DNA of 41,172 bases from a candidate division WWE3 bacterium CG23_combo_of_CG06-09_8_20_14_all_40_14 (GCA_002770755.1 PCQY01000031.1:1-41172); one strand, 5' to 3'. Numbered from the stretch's first letter, positions 8,743 to 17,431 are shown. Notes: a model not told the origin generated them from the letters alone. Made by a program: numbers and translations.

Positions 8743-9597
8743 ATGTCTATATCTATGCAAACTATTAACTTTATGAAACACAAATTACTTTATCTTGCAA
8801 TATCCAGTCTTGTAATTGTTCCTGGAATTATAAGCCTTTTTGTTTGGGGGTTAAAGCCCGCTATAGATTTTACCGGGGGTTCTTTGTGGGAGATAAGGTT
8901 TAATGAGCAAGTTTCCCTTAGCGAGTTGGGGGATAATTTTCAAAACTCTGGGGATAACCAATTTCTAGTTAGGCTAAAGCCAACCTCTGAGGAGGAAAAA
9001 AACAAAATGGGAGAAGAATTGGAAAGAAAGTTTGGGAAGTTTGAAGAAATACGGTTTGAGACGGTAGGCCCAACTTTGGGGAAGGAACTTTTGGTAAAAA
9101 CTTTAATAGCGGTTCTGCTTGCGGCGGGCGCAATTTTAAGTTATGTGGGCTGGCGGTTTAAAAATAAAATGTATGGTTTATGCGCAATTATAGCTATGTT
9201 TCACGATACCCTTGTTTTGATTGGCACCTTCTCGCTTTTGGGGCATTTTTTTGGAGTTGAAGTGGATACGCTTTTTGTAACGGCGGTTTTAACCACTTTA
9301 TCCTTTAGTGTGCATGATACAGTGGTGGTGTATGACCGTATACGGGAAAGCGCTTTGCATAATAAGCGGGGGGGAATGGAATTTTTGGCAAATAAGGCTG
9401 TTACAGAAACAATGATTCGTTCATTGAACAACTCTTTAACTATTTTATTTATGTTAACAGCTTTAGTTGTTCTTGGAGGCGTTACCGTAAAATGGTTTGC
9501 GGCGGCGCTTTTAATTGGGACTATAGCCGGAACATATTCCTCGCCTTTTGTAGCTGTGCCGCTTTTGGTTGTGGCGGATAAATTAAAGGCGCGCTAG
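8743..9597 (+). CDS. secF: Protein translocase subunit SecF
   Basis: IDFTGGS motif and TM bundle with SVHDTVVVYDRIRE. The start is ambiguous among TTG 8740, ATG 8743 and ATG 8755. Confidence 0.85.
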   Translation: MSISMQTINFMKHKLLYLAISSLVIVPGIISLFVWGLKPAIDFTGGSLWEIRFNEQVSLSELGDNFQNSGDNQFLVRLKPTSEEEKNKMGEELERKFGKFEEIRFETVGPTLGKELLVKTLIAVLLAAGAILSYVGWRFKNKMYGLCAIIAMFHDTLVLIGTFSLLGHFFGVEVDTLFVTAVLTTLSFSVHDTVVVYDRIRESALHNKRGGMEFLANKAVTETMIRSLNNSLTILFMLTALVVLGGVTVKWFAAALLIGTIAGTYSSPFVAVPLLVVADKLKAR

Positions 9598-9685
9598 CTC
9601 AATAGATTTTTGAACATTTCCACCGCCGTTAGTAAACTTTCCTTTTAAATTATCTTTAACCATATTAGCAGATTTACCAAATTTG

Positions 9686-11341
9686 TTACTTGCATTTTCT
9701 AATATCTTTAATTTTCAAATCCAAACCCCTTCTCCCGTTCCAGAGGTTTTCGCTTAAAGTGTACACAATATCCACCCTATTCTTTGGGCTAATTTCAAAA
9801 TTGCCAAAGCCAAAGGCAACAGCGTTTTTTAAGTCCCCTTCCCCATCTTTTAAGGAAATTCGCAAATGATCGCTGTTTTTTCCTATTTTTTTAACCTGCC
9901 AAACTTCCGCGCCTTTTGTTAAAAATACAGGCTCTGGGTTGCCTAGCCCAAACGGCGACAAACTTTCCACAAAGTCCAAAAGTTTGTAATTTGCCTCCGT
10001 TAAAGATATCTCGCCGTCTATCTCAAGTTCTGGGGTAATGTCTTTCTTTTTTATGAATTTCTCGGAGGAGTTGTACACCTCATCTATAAAAACTTCAAGA
10101 TACTCGTTCTTAATGCTAAAACCCGCCGCCATAGGATGTCCGCCCAGCGATTCAAAATGTTTTTCAAAGTTTCTTAAAAATTTTATAATATTTACTTTGC
10201 CAACCGAGCGGGCGGAGCCTTTGCTAACATTTTCCTTTTGACTGATAACAATTGAAGGAACATAAAATTCCGAGACGAGTTTTCCAGCCACCAGCCCAAT
10301 AACCCCTTCGTGAAAGGAGGCGCTTTTTGCAATTACAATGTTGCGCCTATCGCTGTAAAAATTCTTTGACTCTTCAAACATAGAAAAAGTTAATTTTTGC
10401 CGCTCTGAATTTAAGTTGTTAAGGCTTTCGGCAATAGGCAGGGCGGTTTCCAGTTTTTTGGCGCATAAAAGCCTTAAAGAATTTAAGGCGTTTTCAAGCC
10501 TGCCTGCGGAATTAAGGCGGGGGGCAATTATCCACCCAACTTCATACACATCTATTTTTTTATCGGTTATTCCGGAAACTTGGGTTAGAGCTTTAATGCC
10601 CGCTCTTTTTAATTTGTTTAATTCTTTAAGCCCGTATTTTACCAAAGAACGGTTATATCCGGTTAAAGGCTGTACATCGGCGATAGTTGCCAAACTTACT
10701 AAGTCCAGCCCGTTAGAAAAGGAATGCTCGGATTTATCCGCTAATTGCAGAGAGAGTATCCACGAGATGCCCGCTGCGCAGAGTCTATCCGTCCATAAAA
10801 TGCTATCGGCATTAGGCAGGGTTTTGCCTTTTTGGTGATGGTCGCAGATTATCACCTTAAATTTCCTTTCTTTGGCATATAAAACCTCTTTGTTGGATAC
10901 AATTCCACAGTCAACGGTTACAAGTAAAGGGGGTGGCGCATTGTCTGGCATAGTTTTAATAATGTTGTCCACACTTTCTTTGGATAAGCCATAGCCTTCG
11001 CTGAACCTGTTGGGGATATAGGGGAAACAGTTTTTATATTTTAAGCCGTAATATATTTTCTCCCACAAAATAGCGGTGGCGCAAAGCCCGTCCGCATCGT
11101 AATCGCCGTGAATGTAAATAGGGGAGCTTCCTTTTATGGCGGAAAGAATTAATTTTTTAGCTTTTGCTGTTTCGGCTTTTAGGATTTTCTCTTCCTTAAA
11201 CATCCTGTTTAAGGTTTCTTCAGGAGAAGGGGGGTTTATAAATTCTTTAAGATTTGAAATGTTGCGGTTTAGGGCAAGTTGTTCAGAAATACCCCTGCCT
11301 TTTTTAGGCAGAACTTTCCAAATTTTCTCTCTATTTTGCAT
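9686..11341 (-). CDS. recJ: Single-stranded-DNA-specific exonuclease RecJ
   Basis: 551 aa. DHH motifs (IHGDYDADG, VDCG, DHH) and DHHA1 motif (GGHPMAAG). Confidence 0.9.
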   Translation of the reverse strand: MQNREKIWKVLPKKGRGISEQLALNRNISNLKEFINPPSPEETLNRMFKEEKILKAETAKAKKLILSAIKGSSPIYIHGDYDADGLCATAILWEKIYYGLKYKNCFPYIPNRFSEGYGLSKESVDNIIKTMPDNAPPPLLVTVDCGIVSNKEVLYAKERKFKVIICDHHQKGKTLPNADSILWTDRLCAAGISWILSLQLADKSEHSFSNGLDLVSLATIADVQPLTGYNRSLVKYGLKELNKLKRAGIKALTQVSGITDKKIDVYEVGWIIAPRLNSAGRLENALNSLRLLCAKKLETALPIAESLNNLNSERQKLTFSMFEESKNFYSDRRNIVIAKSASFHEGVIGLVAGKLVSEFYVPSIVISQKENVSKGSARSVGKVNIIKFLRNFEKHFESLGGHPMAAGFSIKNEYLEVFIDEVYNSSEKFIKKKDITPELEIDGEISLTEANYKLLDFVESLSPFGLGNPEPVFLTKGAEVWQVKKIGKNSDHLRISLKDGEGDLKNAVAFGFGNFEISPKNRVDIVYTLSENLWNGRRGLDLKIKDIRKCK

Positions 11342-11347
11342 AAGACC

Positions 11348-11376
11348 ATCATACTAAACGAGCGCTCCATTTTCAA
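11348..11376 (-). promoter_or_regulatory. Sigma-70-type promoter of recJ (leaderless geometry)
   Basis: Read on the minus strand: TTGAAA (11376-11371), 17-nt spacer, TATGAT (11353-11348), then 6 nt (GGTCTT) to the ATG at 11341. Confidence 0.55.
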
Positions 11377-11421
11377 AAAGAGGATTCTATTGGGGCCCGA
11401 CCCCTGAAGCGAGGATTAGTT

Positions 11422-11430
11422 TGATATAAT
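11422..11430 (+). promoter_or_regulatory. Extended -10 promoter of miaB (leaderless geometry)
   Basis: TGaTATAAT at 11422-11430, then 7 nt to the ATG at 11438. The ATG at 11429 listed in the ORF track lies inside the -10 box. Confidence 0.5.
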
Positions 11431-11437
11431 GGGTTTT

Positions 11438-12610
11438 ATGGAAAAGGTTTCTAAATACTACCTCAAAACCTACGGGTGCGCGGCGAATGAAAAAGATTCG
11501 CGGGATATAAAAAATACTTTGGATAATTTGGGTCTTGCCGAAACTAAAAATTTCGGTTTTGCAGATGTTGTAATCCTAAACTCCTGTTCCGTGCGACAAG
11601 CCTCCGAGGATAAAGTTTATGGTGTTGGAAAAAATTACAAATCGGGATACTCCCGAACCGGGAGTATCCCGGTTCGGGAGTATCCCAAATTGACAATTCT
11701 TACTGGATGTATGGTGGGAAGCGCTGTCGGAAAAAGGAAAAGATACGAGCTAATTTATCTACAAAATAAAATGCCTTGGGTGGACTATTTCTTAACTTCC
11801 TCGCAAACCAAAGAAATCCCAAGTATTTTGCTTAAAGAAGGGTTTTTACCTAAGACTTTTACCTGTAACGCATCCTCCTTACCCGCAAGAGGGGGTATTC
11901 TCTCTGCATATATAAATATCTCCACAGGCTGTGACAACTTTTGTAGCTACTGTGTGGTGCCTTACGCGCGAGGAGAGGAAGTAAGCAGGTCCAAAAAAGA
12001 AATCTTGGCAGAGGCTGAAAATCTTGCTTCTATTGGCTACCGCGAAATTACTCTTTTAGGTCAGAATGTAAACTCTTGGGGTTTATCCCAAAAAGAAAAA
12101 TTTAGTCTGCGCGCGGGGTCTTGCCATAAACTTCCGTTTGCTCAGCTTTTAAGAGACATTCATAATATAAAAGGCATAAAAAAGATGAGCTTTTTATCTT
12201 CAAACCCATTTGATTTTACGCAGGATTTAATCCAAACATTAAAACTCCCAAAAATATCCCGTTATATTCACATTGCCGCGCAGTCGGGGGATGACGAAAT
12301 TCTCAAAAAAATGAATAGGAGGCATACCGCAAAAGAATTTATTAAGCTGATAAAAGATATTAGGAAATCCGTCCCCGGAATTGAAATTGGAACGGATATA
12401 ATTGTGGGGTTTCCCGGCGAAACTGAAAAGCAATTTATGAATACTGTAAAAATATGCAAGAAACTCAAATTTAATGTGGCGTATATTTCAATGTATTCTG
12501 AACGGCTGGGGACAACAGCGCAAAAAATGTATAAAGATAATATTCCTCTTAAAGAAAAAAAGCGCAGGCATAAATTTTTAACGGATATTGTTAAAAAAGC
12601 TAAATTATGA
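11438..12610 (+). CDS. miaB: Radical-SAM methylthiotransferase (MiaB-like), lacking a TRAM domain
   Basis: N-terminal MTTase domain (YLKTYGCAANEKDS...NSCSVR...GCM). Radical-SAM CDNFCSYCVVPYARG. The ORF ends where TRAM normally begins, and its stop overlaps the miaA ATG (ATGA at 12607-12610). Confidence 0.85.
   Translation: MEKVSKYYLKTYGCAANEKDSRDIKNTLDNLGLAETKNFGFADVVILNSCSVRQASEDKVYGVGKNYKSGYSRTGSIPVREYPKLTILTGCMVGSAVGKRKRYELIYLQNKMPWVDYFLTSSQTKEIPSILLKEGFLPKTFTCNASSLPARGGILSAYINISTGCDNFCSYCVVPYARGEEVSRSKKEILAEAENLASIGYREITLLGQNVNSWGLSQKEKFSLRAGSCHKLPFAQLLRDIHNIKGIKKMSFLSSNPFDFTQDLIQTLKLPKISRYIHIAAQSGDDEILKKMNRRHTAKEFIKLIKDIRKSVPGIEIGTDIIVGFPGETEKQFMNTVKICKKLKFNVAYISMYSERLGTTAQKMYKDNIPLKEKKRRHKFLTDIVKKAKL
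11643..11686. repeat. Nested palindrome / direct repeat inside the miaB coding sequence
   Basis: CGGGATACTCCCG-AAC-CGGGAGTATCCCG-GTT-CGGGAGTATCCC. Copies 1 and 2 form a perfect 13-bp inverted repeat with a 3-nt loop. Copies 2 and 3 are direct repeats. Translated in frame as GYSRTGSIPVREYP. Confidence 0.9.
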
Positions 12611-13557
12611 ATAAAGCGGTGGTAATTTGCGGACCAACAAGCACAGGAAAAACATCTTTGGCGTTAAGGTTGTGCAAAGCTTTTAATGGGGAAATAATAT
12701 CCGCCGACTCAAGGCAGGCTTATAAATATATGGATATTGGAACGGGAAAACTGCCTGTGGACAAGAGTTTCTCCCAAATAGAAAAGTATGACGGGTTTTG
12801 GAAAGTAATCGGTACCCCAATTTATATGTATGATGTTGTTTCCCCCGCAAAATCCTATTCGGTTTATAACTATTCCAAAAAAGCGCAAAACGAGCTTTTA
12901 AGCATTCAAGAAAGACAAAAATTTCCTTTTATTGTGGGCGGAACGGGGTTTTATATTGATGTTTTAACCGGCAAAAAACCTATTTCCAACATCCCCCCCA
13001 ACATAAAATTGAGGGAAGAGCTTAATAAAAAATCGCTTGAAGAATTGCAGAGTATTTTGCGGAAGACAAATGAAAATAAATACGCTTTAATTGATATAAA
13101 TAACAAGGCGCGTTTAATTCGCGCTGTGGAAATAAGCCAAAGCAAAGGCGTCCAAAATACGGAGAAGGACAAAAACTGTTCTTTGGATATTTTGTCAATA
13201 GGCTTAACCGCGCCTAGAAAATTTTTATATGGTAAAGCTGATTGGTGGGTGGAAAAAATTGTGGAAAAAGGTATTATATTAGAAACAAAAAACTTGCTGG
13301 ATTATGGTTTTAGAGAAACTGCTCCGATGAAAGGTATGGTATACTCCTCTGCGGTAGATTATTTGGATGAGAAAATCCCCCTTTCTGATATGAAGCAAAA
13401 AGTTAAGTGGGATATCCACGGTTATATAAGAAGGCAGTTAACATGGTTTGGGCGCAATGCCAAAATTAGGTGGTTTAATATTGCTGAAAAAGGCTTTGAC
13501 ATTGAAGTTTTAAAAACGGTACAATCATTCTTAGATGGCGGTAAGAAAATCCTCTGA
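12607..13557 (+). CDS. miaA: tRNA dimethylallyltransferase MiaA
   Basis: 316 aa. P-loop ICGPTSTGKT, SADSRQAYKYMDIGTGK, GGTGFY and RRQLTWF motifs. Confidence 0.9.
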   Translation: MNKAVVICGPTSTGKTSLALRLCKAFNGEIISADSRQAYKYMDIGTGKLPVDKSFSQIEKYDGFWKVIGTPIYMYDVVSPAKSYSVYNYSKKAQNELLSIQERQKFPFIVGGTGFYIDVLTGKKPISNIPPNIKLREELNKKSLEELQSILRKTNENKYALIDINNKARLIRAVEISQSKGVQNTEKDKNCSLDILSIGLTAPRKFLYGKADWWVEKIVEKGIILETKNLLDYGFRETAPMKGMVYSSAVDYLDEKIPLSDMKQKVKWDIHGYIRRQLTWFGRNAKIRWFNIAEKGFDIEVLKTVQSFLDGGKKIL

Positions 13558-14536
13558 AAGTTTCATATTAATTTCAACAAAAACTATTTTTGTAGTAGCG
13601 GCGGTAGCCCTGATGCTATGGTTGCTGGTGCAAATTAAAGAGATAGCGCTTTTGATATTTGTGTCTTTAATGCTTTCTCTTGCTCTCTCGCCTTTTGTGG
13701 AGTTTCTGGAAAAGAGAAAGATTCCAAGAGGGCTTGCGGTTCTTATTATTTACATTATTATAGTTTCAATTGTAGCTTTAATTGGTGCGGTGGCATTGCC
13801 CCCGATTATAAGCCAGACCACGCGTTTTATAAAGTCGTTTCCTCAAATAATTTCTTCGCTTGGAAGCACGCCCATTCTTAACAAGGTAACTACGGATTTG
13901 AACAATTTCTTGGCGGAACAGCTTATGGGGGCTTCCGGGAATGTAATAAGGGTTACGGTTGGGGCGTTTTCCGGAATTTTGGCGGTGTTTTCGCTTATGG
14001 TCTTCACGGCGTATCTCCTTCTAGACTTGGATAATCTAAGGGAAGCGTTTTTATTTTTTCTTCCCGCTAAACCCCGTAAAGAAATAGCGGAAGTTTTAAA
14101 AGAGATAGAGTACAAATTGGGCGGGTGGCTTAGGGGGCAGTTTATTTTAATGTGCATTGTTGGCGGAGCAACTTATGTGGGTCTTTTGCTTTTAGGGATT
14201 AAGTATGCCGCCCCCCTTGCTTTGATTGCAGGGCTTTTGGAGGTGGCGCCTATGCTGGGGCCGATTATCTCCGCGGTGCCAGGGATAATTGTGGGGTTTT
14301 CCATATCCCCCGTTACCGGCTTGGGGGTTTTGGCATTGTATTTAGCTATACAGCAGCTTGAAAATAATATCATTGTTCCTAAAGTGATGCAGAAAACAGT
14401 TGGATTTAGCCCTTTGATAACGCTTTTGGCGCTTTTAATAGGCGGGAAGCTTTTTGGAGTAGTGGGGGCGCTTTTATCGGTTCCTCTAACACTAATAATA
14501 GTAATAATAACAAAACATGTTTTGGAGTACGAATAA
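13535..14536 (+). CDS. AI-2E family (PerM/YhhT-like) transporter
   Basis: 333 aa and polytopic. Shows the family pattern LLEVAPMLGPIISAVPGI...QQLENNIIVPKVM. Confidence 0.85.
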   Translation: MAVRKSSESFILISTKTIFVVAAVALMLWLLVQIKEIALLIFVSLMLSLALSPFVEFLEKRKIPRGLAVLIIYIIIVSIVALIGAVALPPIISQTTRFIKSFPQIISSLGSTPILNKVTTDLNNFLAEQLMGASGNVIRVTVGAFSGILAVFSLMVFTAYLLLDLDNLREAFLFFLPAKPRKEIAEVLKEIEYKLGGWLRGQFILMCIVGGATYVGLLLLGIKYAAPLALIAGLLEVAPMLGPIISAVPGIIVGFSISPVTGLGVLALYLAIQQLENNIIVPKVMQKTVGFSPLITLLALLIGGKLFGVVGALLSVPLTLIIVIITKHVLEYE

Positions 14537-14978
14537 AAATTTTTTAGCCTCTTTTGCGGTAGCTTTCGCCCTTTTGTTTTTTTTACCTTCCATATCTTAT
14601 GCCTTCTTTACGAAAGATATTTTTGTAAATGGAAATATGGTCTCCGCCGGTTATTGGTATAGTTACGATTTTTCTACGCCCTTAAAAGCTTCTTATTCTG
14701 TGGGAGAGTTGTGGAGCGCCAAAAATTTTGGGGTGCTTTATGATAATTTAGCGCAGGACCTTTCTGGCATCTATACTAAGGATGAGTTTATAGAATCGTT
14801 AAAAGACGCCGCTATTGCGGGCTTTGAGGTTGTTGGCGATGCTGTTTATCTAAATAGCAAGCAGGCATATACGATTATTAACATAAGATACTTGGATAAC
14901 TCTTCTAAGAATTATAAAACAGTTTTTAATTATGAGAGGGGCGGTTGGAGGCTTCTGGGAACGAAGGAGATTGAATAA
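14517..14978 (+). CDS. Secreted hypothetical protein with SipW/TasA-type N-terminal region
   Basis: 153 aa. Hydrophobic signal followed by SYAFFTKDIFVNGNMVSAGYW, which resembles the AyFsD...N...aG signature of SipW-processed proteins. Confidence 0.55.
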   Translation: MFWSTNKNFLASFAVAFALLFFLPSISYAFFTKDIFVNGNMVSAGYWYSYDFSTPLKASYSVGELWSAKNFGVLYDNLAQDLSGIYTKDEFIESLKDAAIAGFEVVGDAVYLNSKQAYTIINIRYLDNSSKNYKTVFNYERGGWRLLGTKEIE

Positions 14979-14994
14979 AAAGGAGGTGATTTAA

Positions 14995-15537
14995 GTGTCG
15001 CAAATTAAATATTTTGGATTGGGGCTTTTTTTGGGAATAATTATTGTTGGAACGGTAACGGCGGTTAAAGCGTATCTGACAAAAGAGAAAGTTCTTGGGG
15101 AAAGCGCTGTAAGCACGGCAACCTTGGATATTTCCACAACCCCGCAAAGCGCTCTGCTTTCTTTTGAGGGGGTAACGCCTGGTTTTAGCTCGGGCGAGAA
15201 AATTGTAACTCTAAAAAACACCGGGACAGCGGATTTAAAGTATAGGGTGTCGGTGGAACCTACGAATGTTTCGGATAACAATGATTTATACAAAGCGCTG
15301 GAATATGTTTTGTATGAGTACGACGGCAATTCACAAAAGACAAAATCCTTAGGAGGAGAAGGTTTCCTGTTAAAAGATTTACAGGATGTAGAAATAGCTC
15401 AAACATTAGATTCCGGTCAGGAGAAAAATCTCGGTATTGAAATAAGTTTGCCGCAGGATGCAGGTAACGGAATACAGGGACTTACCACTAACTTTAAGAT
15501 AATATTTAACGCTATTCAAAAGGACGGCGTGTTTTAA
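14995..15537 (+). CDS. TasA/camelysin-like secreted protein
   Basis: 180 aa. GTG start 4 nt after AAAGGAGGTGAT (14978-14990). TM/signal followed by VKAYLTKEKVLGESAVSTATLDIS and a beta-rich body (TLKNTGTADLKYRVSV). Confidence 0.6.
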   Translation: MSQIKYFGLGLFLGIIIVGTVTAVKAYLTKEKVLGESAVSTATLDISTTPQSALLSFEGVTPGFSSGEKIVTLKNTGTADLKYRVSVEPTNVSDNNDLYKALEYVLYEYDGNSQKTKSLGGEGFLLKDLQDVEIAQTLDSGQEKNLGIEISLPQDAGNGIQGLTTNFKIIFNAIQKDGVF

Positions 15538-15887
15538 GAACAAAAAAAGCTCGTAAGCCAGATTCTGTTTTAGTGGCTAAAATTAATCTATGCCCCACTT
15601 TAACCCAATGCCAAGCGGGCTTTTTGCGGGTAGTTCGTGGGTTGCTACAGGTGGGATTGCCCGTTTCACTCCCGATTGAATATCGGGACTCGTCTCTGTT
15701 GCTCTCAAGCCTTGTTAATTCAAGACCTGCCCTTCGGGGGACCAGCGCTTGTTATAAATCCAAGGCGCTTTGCCTGGATTTATACCTCGCGTCGGAGCTT
15801 GCGCCCCGTCCCTTTGCTTTGCGTAGTCTGGACTTTCCTCTATATATCGCAAAGGATATACAGTATTAGCCCGGCTTCTTTTATTCT
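15537..15887 (-). ncRNA. rnpB: RNase P RNA (bacterial type A-like)
   Basis: The minus strand carries the conserved P4 strands GAGGAAAGTCCAGAC (rc of 15826-15840) and ACAGAATCTGGCTTA (rc of 15554-15568). P2 is AAGCCGG/CTGGCTT. P1 is AGAATAAAAG / CTTTTTTTGTTCT (rc of 15537-15549). The ends are estimated from P1 and the promoter. Confidence 0.88.
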
Positions 15888-15893
15888 GAAACC

Positions 15894-15902
15894 ATTATAC
15901 CA
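15894..15902 (-). promoter_or_regulatory. Extended -10 promoter of rnpB
   Basis: On the minus strand, TGgTATAAT (15902-15894) is followed by 6 nt, then the A at 15887 that begins helix P1. Confidence 0.55.
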
Positions 15903-15959
15903 CAAACCACACTATAAGACTCGCCTGTGCCTGTGTGCCGAACCTGCCCCCGCAAGTTG

Positions 15960-15988
15960 TTGAAAAGAAAACGCAAGTGGGGTATTAT
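15960..15988 (+). promoter_or_regulatory. Sigma-70-type promoter of the rpmH operon (leaderless geometry)
   Basis: TTGAAA (15960-15965), 17-nt spacer, TATTAT (15983-15988), then 6 nt to the ATG at 15995. Confidence 0.55.
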
Positions 15989-15994
15989 TTCGCT

Positions 15995-16156
15995 ATGCCG
16001 AAAAGAACATATCAGCCTAAAAAACGAAAGAGGGTTAGGAAGCACGGTTTTCTAAAGCGAGCAGCCACCAAAGCGGGGCGAAATATTATTAAAAGAAGAA
16101 GGTTAAAGGGCCGTAAAAAAATTACCGTTTCCAGCGAGAAAAAGCCTAAATCTTAA
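15995..16156 (+). CDS. rpmH: 50S ribosomal protein L34
   Basis: [42 protein letters not shown] is the canonical L34 sequence, with a short basic C-terminal tail. The upstream part of the tracked ORF (15935-15994) is rejected. Confidence 0.92.
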   Translation: MPKRTYQPKKRKRVRKHGFLKRAATKAGRNIIKRRRLKGRKKITVSSEKKPKS

Positions 16157-16498
16157 GTGCTTGCTAAAAGATATCTCTTAAATAAAAAGGAAGTTGCGGT
16201 TTTTAAACAGCGGGGAAAGAATGTTTTCCGAACCCCTTTTTTCAATGTTGCCGTTTTAAAAGTTTCTGATGAGGATATTGTAAAATTTTCCTTTGTTATA
16301 TCTAAAAAAGTGAGCGGGAGAGCGGTAGAAAGGAATAAAGTTAAAAGGTTGCTTGCGGAAATAATAAGGAATAAGCTGGACAAGTTCAAAAGGGGGTTTT
16401 ATATTGTGTTTTACATAAAGGATAAAATGTGTTCTGCTAACTATGAAGAAATTAATAATTTGGTTGATAAAAGCATATCAGAAATATCTCTCGCTTGA
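16157..16498 (+). CDS. rnpA: RNase P protein component
   Basis: 113 aa. GTG start immediately after the rpmH stop. RnpA pattern ([28 protein letters not shown]). Conserved rpmH-rnpA synteny. Confidence 0.85.
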   Translation: MLAKRYLLNKKEVAVFKQRGKNVFRTPFFNVAVLKVSDEDIVKFSFVISKKVSGRAVERNKVKRLLAEIIRNKLDKFKRGFYIVFYIKDKMCSANYEEINNLVDKSISEISLA

Positions 16499-16679
16499 TA
16501 CCGGTATTCCTAAAAAATTGCTCCCTGCCCTTAAAATATGCCGTTTCACCCCAAGTTGCTCGCAGTATGTTCTTGAAGCGGTGGAAAAATATGGTACAGT
16601 TAAAGGGTTATATTTAGGTTTTTTTCGCATCCTTCGCTGCAATCCTTTTAATAAAGGAGGAAGCGACCCGGTAAAATAA
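16443..16679 (+). CDS. yidD: Membrane protein insertion efficiency factor YidD
   Basis: [10 protein letters not shown]...[19 protein letters not shown]...RILRCNPF is the YidD signature. Overlaps the rnpA 3' end by 56 nt. Confidence 0.88.
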   Translation: MKKLIIWLIKAYQKYLSLDTGIPKKLLPALKICRFTPSCSQYVLEAVEKYGTVKGLYLGFFRILRCNPFNKGGSDPVK

Positions 16680-17431
16680 TGGGAATTAAAGACATCTTAA
16701 AAATTTCAATTTATGTACCGATACTAAATACATTAGTATTTTTTTACATTTTCTTAGGGCATAATTTGGGTTTTGCCATAGCCGCTTTAACAGTTTTAAT
16801 GCGAGCTATCCTAATTCCCGTTACCCTGCCTGCTCTTAAGGGCGCCGCAAAGCAAAAGGAGTTGGCGCCTCAGCTTTCGGAACTCCAGAAAAAGTACAAG
16901 GACAACAAAACACTGCTTGCCCAAAAGCAAATGGAGCTTTACAAAAATCATGGTTTTAACCCGGCGGCGGGTTGTCTGCCTCAAATTTTACAGCTGGTTA
17001 TTTTAATAGTTTTGTATCAGGTGCTTTTGGACATTTTTAGGCACCCCCCAGCTTACTTTAACGAGATGTTGTATTTTCCATTTCTAAAATTTGCTCAAAC
17101 AGATGTGTTTAACACCGCATTTCTTTATATGGATTTGGCGAAAAAGGATCCTTATTACATCCTTCCAATTTTGGCGGGTTTGTCCCAGCTTGTGCTTTCT
17201 AAATTGTCTTTGCCTCAAACAAATAAACTGGAGAAAATAGCGGAAAAAACACCCGACAAACAGGACGATGTAATGTATAATATGCAAAAGCAGATGATTT
17301 ATATGATGCCTGTAATGACTATTTTTATAGGCATTTCTCTGCCGTCTGGTTTGGTTTTATATTGGTTTTTGGCAACTCTTTTTGGACTTGCGCAGCAATG
17401 GATACTGAACAAAAAACTATTGAAAAATTAA
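16679..17431 (+). CDS. yidC: Membrane protein insertase YidC (short form)
   Basis: 250 aa. 60-kDa inner-membrane-protein core (MELYKNHGFNPAAGCLPQILQLVIL ... PSGLVLYWFLATLFGLAQQW). Confidence 0.88.
   Translation: MGIKDILKISIYVPILNTLVFFYIFLGHNLGFAIAALTVLMRAILIPVTLPALKGAAKQKELAPQLSELQKKYKDNKTLLAQKQMELYKNHGFNPAAGCLPQILQLVILIVLYQVLLDIFRHPPAYFNEMLYFPFLKFAQTDVFNTAFLYMDLAKKDPYYILPILAGLSQLVLSKLSLPQTNKLEKIAEKTPDKQDDVMYNMQKQMIYMMPVMTIFIGISLPSGLVLYWFLATLFGLAQQWILNKKLLKN

Noticed and set aside
11643-11686. Possible mini CRISPR array or REP cluster
   Set aside because: There are only two direct copies of a 13-mer separated by 3 nt, plus one inverted copy, all inside an intact reading frame. No spacers, leader or cas genes are present. 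It is kept as a palindromic-insertion finding instead.
15573-15963. Two overlapping plus-strand ORFs (98 aa and 108 aa)
   Set aside because: They lie antisense over the RNase P RNA gene, which is identified by its P4, P2 and P1 elements. Their translations are Cys/Arg/Leu-rich low-complexity sequence.
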